Shown here: positions 58,995-64,000 of the stretch, piece by piece | Numbering within the stretch: the stretch's first letter is position 1 | Layout of the letters: the number at the start of each line of letters is the position of its first letter | Assembly (NCBI GenBank): GCA_965249525.1 | Contig: OZ252237.1 | Location: forward strand, 1,241,470 to 1,305,469 | From: a bacterium | GTDB lineage: Bacteria > SAR324 > JACQKK01 | DNA length: 64,000 bases | Reading direction: 5' to 3' | The notes under the pieces: generated by a model | Seen by the model: only the letters and a program-made list of their open reading frames with translations | Told to the model about the DNA's origin: nothing | The model's database searches: none | Program-made: the position numbers and the translations under genes

Positions 58995-60122
58995 CTAATT
59001 ATCGCTGGTGAGCACTATGCTGCTTGAACCCACTGTCACCAACTTGCCGTCAACAGCGGTGACACCAAACAGACTGTTTGTTATCCCTGATGCTTGTTCG
59101 GTCCAACTTTCGCCATTGTCATCGCTGGTGGTAATCAGACCACCTGATCCTACCGCCACCAAGTGACTGCCAACCACTGCAGCAGCATAAAGGCTGCCGT
59201 AAATCCCTGTGTCTTGCAGGCTCCAACTTTCGCCATTGTCATCGCTGGTGGTAACCAGACCGCCTGTTCCTACCACCACCAAGTGACTGCCAATGGTTTT
59301 TACAGCCCTAAGATTTTCGCTGGTGGATGTTGTTCGGCTAGTCCAGCTAACACCCTCGTCATCACTGGTGATCAAGGTACCGCTGTTTCCCACCACCACC
59401 AAACGACTGCCAATGGTTTTTACAGCCCTAAGATTTTCGCTGGTGGATGTTGTTCGGCTGGTCCAGCTAACACCCTCGTCATCACTGGTGATCAAGGTAC
59501 CGCTGTTTCCCACCACCACCAAACGACTGTCAATCACCTCTATACCATTCAGAACCTCGTCCGTTATGGATAGTGTTTCGCCGCTCCAGCTTTCGCCGCT
59601 GTCATCACTGGTGAGGACAAGACCGTCTGATCCCACCACCACCGCCAAATGACTGCAAATGTTTTTTATAGCCTTAAGATGTTGGCTGGTGGATAATGTT
59701 TGGTGAGTCCAGCTGGCGCCAGAGTCATTGCTGGTGAGCACTGTGCTTGCGACTCCCACCACCATCAGGTTTTGACCAACGCTGGCTACATCGTTCAAAG
59801 TAATGATATTGCCATTGCTGGCAAACTGAGTCCCTGAGGTTCGGAGTGTCCAGCTATTGCCTGGTGGAGGGCTGTCGCTGTCAGTGTCGCTGTCAGTGTC
59901 AGTGTCGCTGTCAGTGTCAGTGTCGCTGTCAGTGTCGCTGTCAGTGTCGCTGCTGTCATCGCTGTTGTCTGCCAGGTGCTGTGTTGCAGAGTCGTCTGAA
60001 GAACTGCCTTTTGCAGTGTTGCCATCGCCGCCGCAACTAGCCAAAATCATGGCTGCCAGCAAAAACAGCCACCCTGTTTTGATAAAGCATGTAAATACTG
60101 TTCTAAAGTTTTTTGTTATCAT
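58995..60122 (-). CDS. Lipoprotein with Ser/Thr-Asp repeat stalk and BNR/Asp-box propeller
   Basis: LASC lipobox, (DS/DT)n tract, TSDDxGxSW repeats, one 120-bp blade duplicated almost exactly (59293-59532). Confidence 0.8.
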   Translation of the reverse strand: MITKNFRTVFTCFIKTGWLFLLAAMILASCGGDGNTAKGSSSDDSATQHLADNSDDSSDTDSDTDSDTDTDSDTDTDSDTDSDSPPPGNSWTLRTSGTQFASNGNIITLNDVASVGQNLMVVGVASTVLTSNDSGASWTHQTLSTSQHLKAIKNICSHLAVVVGSDGLVLTSDDSGESWSGETLSITDEVLNGIEVIDSRLVVVGNSGTLITSDDEGVSWTSRTTSTSENLRAVKTIGSRLVVVGNSGTLITSDDEGVSWTSRTTSTSENLRAVKTIGSHLVVVGTGGLVTTSDDNGESWSLQDTGIYGSLYAAAVVGSHLVAVGSGGLITTSDDNGESWTEQASGITNSLFGVTAVDGKLVTVGSSSIVLTSDN

Positions 60123-60529
60123 AATAAACCTTCTTTTCCCTGTTTTTCATCATGTGAGCCTATGAAAAATAGATGTTTCTGCCTGTCACCATGACATTCA
60201 GCTCATCCCTTATTTCTATGATAGCCCCCGCTATTGCTGTATCTAGGCAACCACACTTTCTTTCCATATTTCTACAGAATCTCTTTAGACTTCCAAACCT
60301 GAGACAGCCGCCGCCGCACAGCAGGCTGTTGATAACAGTTGTTCTTGGTGATGCGTACGGTTTGAAACCGCCTGCCCTCATACCCCTTGCTTCATCCCGC
60401 AAAACTGCTGGCTGCTGACAGTAAAACAGGCAGAGCGTCTTGGCTTGAAAACGCTCTGCCCATCATGCTAGGCTGTTAGCCCAGTAGGCTGTTAGCCCAG
60501 TAGGCTGTTAGCCCGCTGTTAGCCCGCTG

Positions 60530-61741
60530 TTAATTATCGCTAGCGATCACTGTGCTGCCTGAACCCACTGCCAGCAACTCGCCGTCAAGGGTTATGATGC
60601 CAGAAAGACCGCTTGTTATCCCTGATGCTTGTTCGGTCCAACTTTCGCCATTGTCATCGCTGGTGAGAACAAGACCGCTTATTCCCACCACCACCAAGCG
60701 GCTGTCAACGACTGTAACAGCATAAAGCGTACGGGCAAGAGGCCCTGCGTCTTGCAGGCTCCAACTTTCGCCATTGTCATCGCTGGTGATGACTGCACTG
60801 CCATGACCTACCGCCACCAAGCGGCTGCCGATGGTTGCGATATCATACAGAGTGCGGGTAGTCACTGCTTCTCTGGATGTCCAGCTTTCGCCATTGTCAT
60901 CACTGGTGAGGACGAGACCGTTTTCTCCCACTACCACCAAACGACTGCCAATGGTTTTTACAGCCATAAGATTTTCGCTGGTGGATGTTGTTCGGCTGGT
61001 CCAGCTAACACCATTGTCATCACTGGTGATCAAGACACCGCTGGTTCCCACCACCACCAAACGACTGCCAATAACCTCTACACCCTTAAAATTATCGGCC
61101 GTTATGGATGATGTTTGGCTGGTCCAGGTGACGCCATTGTCATCGCTGGTGAGTACTGTGCCAAAAACGCCCACTGCTATCAGGAGGCTGTCAGTAACCT
61201 TGAGCTTTTCAATACCATTGCTGGTGGATGTTGTTCGGCTGGTCCAGGTTTCGCCAGAGTCATCACTGGTGATCAATGTACCAGAGACTCCCACCGCCAC
61301 CAGGCTTTGACCGACGCTGACTACATCGTACAAAGTAATGGGTAGGCCACCGCTGGTAAACAGAGTCCCTGATGTTCGAACTGTCCAGCTGGTGCCTGGC
61401 AGAGAACTGTCAGTATCACTGCTGTCGCTGCTGTCAGAGTCGCTGTCAGAGTCGCTGTCAGAGTCGCTGTCAGAGTCGCTGTCAGAGTCGCTGTCAGAGT
61501 CGCTGTCAGAGTCACTGTCCGAGTCGCTGTCAGAATCGCTGTCCGAGTCGCTGTCAGAGTCACTGCTGTCATCGCTGTTGTCTGCCAGGTCCTGCGTTGC
61601 AAAGTCGTCTGAGGAACTGCCTTTTGCAGTGTTGCCATCGCCGCCGCTACAACCAGCCAAACCCATCATGGCTACAAGCAAAAACAGCCACCCGGCTTTG
61701 ATAAAGCCTGTGAATATTGTTCTAAAGTTTTTTACTATCAT
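60530..61741 (-). CDS. Lipoprotein with long Ser-Asp repeat stalk and BNR/Asp-box propeller
   Basis: LAGC lipobox, about 24 consecutive DS dipeptides, TSDDNG(E/V)(S/T)W repeats. Confidence 0.8.
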   Translation of the reverse strand: MIVKNFRTIFTGFIKAGWLFLLVAMMGLAGCSGGDGNTAKGSSSDDFATQDLADNSDDSSDSDSDSDSDSDSDSDSDSDSDSDSDSDSDSDSDSDSDSDSDSDSSDSSDTDSSLPGTSWTVRTSGTLFTSGGLPITLYDVVSVGQSLVAVGVSGTLITSDDSGETWTSRTTSTSNGIEKLKVTDSLLIAVGVFGTVLTSDDNGVTWTSQTSSITADNFKGVEVIGSRLVVVGTSGVLITSDDNGVSWTSRTTSTSENLMAVKTIGSRLVVVGENGLVLTSDDNGESWTSREAVTTRTLYDIATIGSRLVAVGHGSAVITSDDNGESWSLQDAGPLARTLYAVTVVDSRLVVVGISGLVLTSDDNGESWTEQASGITSGLSGIITLDGELLAVGSGSTVIASDN

Positions 61742-61999
61742 AATAATCAATCCTTTCCCCATTTTTCATCATGAGGATGTGTTAAAAACAGATGTTTCTG
61801 CCTGTCACCATGACAGTCAGTTCATCTCTTATTTCCATGATAGCCCCCGCTATTGCTGTCTTTAAGCAAACCCACTTTCTTTTCATACTTCTACAGAATT
61901 TCTTTAGATTCTCCACCAGGGACAACTGCTGCCGCCGCACAGCTGTTCTGGCAGCTGTTCTTAAGAGAACAACCCCGCTGGCTTTGACAGAATGTATGG

Positions 62000-63169
62000 C
62001 TAATAACGCGGCAGAGACGGGTTGATTTGCTCAGCCCAGGCATCAATACCGCCCTCTACGCTGACTGCGTCGGTGAAACCTTGCTGCTGCATCAACTGCA
62101 CAGCTTTTTCCGAGCGCTTGCCGTGATGGCAGTGTACAAACACTTTGCTGTCCTTGGGCAGTGAGTCCAAACCTGCTGGCAGGGTACTCAAGGGAAGCAG
62201 CTTGGCGCCTTCAATGTGTACAATTTCCCATTCGTGTGCTTCACGCACATCCAAGAGGGTAATATTGTGGTCATTGGCTATGGCTTGCTGCAATTCCCCC
62301 ACAGTGACCGTGGGTACACTCGGTTCACTTGGGGCATTGCCATTGCTGCTGGCGTTGACAAAGGCTTGGTAGTCTATCAGTTCAGTGACCTTGGGGTTGT
62401 CTCCGCACAGCAGGCAATTGTGGTTCTTGGTGATGCGTACGGTTTGAAACCGCATACGCAAAGCGTCAAACAGCAGCAGTCTGTCTTTCAATGATTCACC
62501 AATGCCCACAATCCATTTGACTGTCTCCGTTGCCATCAATAGTCCTATTACGCCCGGGAGCACGCCCAGCACACCAGCGGTGTCTCAGCTGGGGGCTAAA
62601 TCGGGGGGCGGCGGCGCAGCATACAAACAGCGATAGCAAGCCCCGCCATCGTGCGGATGAAACGCAGCAACCTGACCCTCAAAGCGGAAAATAGAACCCG
62701 ATATTAAAGGAATGCCAGCAAACCAAGCAGCATCGTTCACCAAGTAGCGCGTTTCAAAATTGTCTGATCCATCTACCACCAAGTCCCATTCGGCAAATAT
62801 TGGCTGCACATTTTCTGCTGTTAGTCGCTGCTTATAAAGCTTTACCTGCACATAGGGATTAAGTGCCTTGAGCCTCTGCCCAATGGACTCTGCCTTGGGT
62901 TGACCGATGCTGGCAGTATCGTGGGCAATTTGGCGGTTGAGGTTGGTTTCCTCCACCAAGTCATCATCCACTACACCGATGTGTCCCACTCCTGCAGCAG
63001 CCAAATAAATTCCCAACGGAGATCCCAAACCCCCCGCACCAATGCACAAAATCCTGGCAGCCTTTAGGCGACGTTGTCCAGGCAGGCCTACCTCAGGCAG
63101 GGTCAGGTGACGGTTATAGCGTTTAATTTCTTCTGCTGTAAGTTCTGCTTCAGGCATGGGGTCACGCAT
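62000..63169 (-). CDS. moeZ: MoeZ/MoeB-family adenylyltransferase-rhodanese fusion, probable selenoprotein (UGA at 62587-62585)
   Basis: Both track ORFs are in one frame: GAGGLG, CYRC, PS-[TGA]-DTAGVLGVLPG, CLLC, rhodanese CHHGKRS; 389 aa when read through. Confidence 0.85.
62549..62573 (-). promoter_or_regulatory. Candidate bacterial SECIS hairpin
   Basis: mRNA +12 to +36 after UGA: UGUGCU.GGG / CGUGCU loop / CCC(G)GGCGUA; G then U in the apical loop. Confidence 0.6.
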
Positions 63170-63178
63170 CCATCAAAA

Positions 63179-63279
63179 AAGGGGTCTTCCGCAAGAAAAT
63201 TTATCGGGTGCTGTCGGATAGGGGGAAATTGGGCAATAGGATCCCCAATGCAGCTCCCTTTCTCAACGGAAGACCCTTT
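63179..63279. ncRNA. ~100-nt multi-stem hairpin between moeZ and pdhA (unassigned)
   Basis: gggtcttccg/cggaagaccc, agaaa/tttct, gggtgctg/cagctccc, attggg/cccaat nested stems. Confidence 0.4.
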
Positions 63280-63474
63280 ACAATCTAAGATTTTTTTAAC
63301 TTAATCTACAAGCCCATAGCAATCAATTTTTCACCAAACTGTCACATGGTTGGTGCAAACTTGCCATATGCTGCAAAACTGAAGTACAATCCACCATACA
63401 TCAAAGCGACCAAGCAGCAGCAATAATTTCTTGGCAGCGGATTTTTTTGACACCCTTAGCAAGAGAAATTTTCT

Positions 63475-64000
63475 ATGCAGGAAGCAAAAAAGCGACATCT
63501 GCATGCAGTAGAAAAGCCCGCTGTATTCAGTATGAAAACCCTCACCGCCAGGCAGCAGGCGGTGGTGGAAGAACTGGGCAAAGAGCGTCTGGTAGAGATG
63601 TATCGGCTGATGTTTCTAATTCGCTCATTTGAACAACGGGCAGAACAAATGTACCAGCAGCGCAAAATTGGGGGGTTTTTGCATTTGTATATGGGTCAAG
63701 AGGCAGTCGGAGTGGGGATGCTTTCGGCTTTGCGACCAGATGACTATGTTGCCACTTCTTATCGCGACCATGGCATTTCACTGGCACAGGGCTTGAGTCC
63801 CAATGCCTGCATGGCAGAATTGTTTGGCAAGCAAAGCGGAGTTTGCGGCGGCAAAGGGGGTTCCATGCATTATTTCAGCAAAGAGAAGAACTTTTTTGGC
63901 GGGCACGGAATCGTGGGAGGACAAATTCCGGTTGGTTTGGGTGCAGGATTCGCTGCCTATTACAATCAAACCGATCAACTCAGCCTGGTGTTAATGGGTG
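63475..64000 (+). CDS. pdhA: Pyruvate dehydrogenase E1 alpha subunit, 5' part (runs off the window)
   Basis: Manual translation: IRSFEQRA..YQQRKIGGFLHLYMGQEAVG..YRDHG..GKGGSMH..GHGIVGGQIP. Confidence 0.92.
   Translation, partial: MQEAKKRHLHAVEKPAVFSMKTLTARQQAVVEELGKERLVEMYRLMFLIRSFEQRAEQMYQQRKIGGFLHLYMGQEAVGVGMLSALRPDDYVATSYRDHGISLAQGLSPNACMAELFGKQSGVCGGKGGSMHYFSKEKNFFGGHGIVGGQIPVGLGAGFAAYYNQTDQLSLVLMG

Noticed and set aside
62585-62587. Genome-wide UGA reassignment (code 4 or 25)
   Set aside because: TGA terminates full-length genes such as hemF, prsW and murF, and Trp is encoded by TGG throughout
63179-63279. tRNA-Sec (GGAAGA/TCTTCC arms resemble the selC acceptor stem)
   Set aside because: Arms are in the wrong order on both strands; no UCA anticodon loop, T-loop or CCA end

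Overview
Bacterial chromosomal window with no rRNA, tRNA, CRISPR, transposase, integrase or reverse transcriptase visible. The taxon cannot be fixed from this sequence; the gene set looks Gram-negative, possibly deltaproteobacterial/SAR324-like and host-associated (inference). A housekeeping backbone (ftsW, murF, dapD, thiO, acyP, apgM, hemF, lytic transglycosylase, two ABC systems, fmt, hisD, tol-pal, lipoate ligase family, moeZ, pdhA) is interleaved with 17 predicted lipoprotein genes covering roughly a third of the window: 8 seven-blade RCC1 propellers, 3 CARDB+RCC1, 4 DUF1554/endostatin-like and 2 Ser-Asp-repeat BNR propellers. Main signals: (1) each RCC1 gene is packaged as a cassette behind a reiterated ~220-bp terminator-promoter-RBS element, which also sits in front of tolB and (truncated) dapD, and the genes are mosaics with invariant DNA anchors around hypervariable codons; (2) the DUF1554 paralogs have a C-terminal region varying mainly at codon positions 1-2, resembling a DGR variable region; (3) moeZ has an in-frame TGA at the conserved Cys followed by a SECIS-like hairpin, so it is probably a selenoprotein; (4) pervasive short tandem duplication, a chimeric pal from unequal crossover, a 34-bp inverted repeat around thiO-acyP, and spacers patched with pieces of neighbouring genes.
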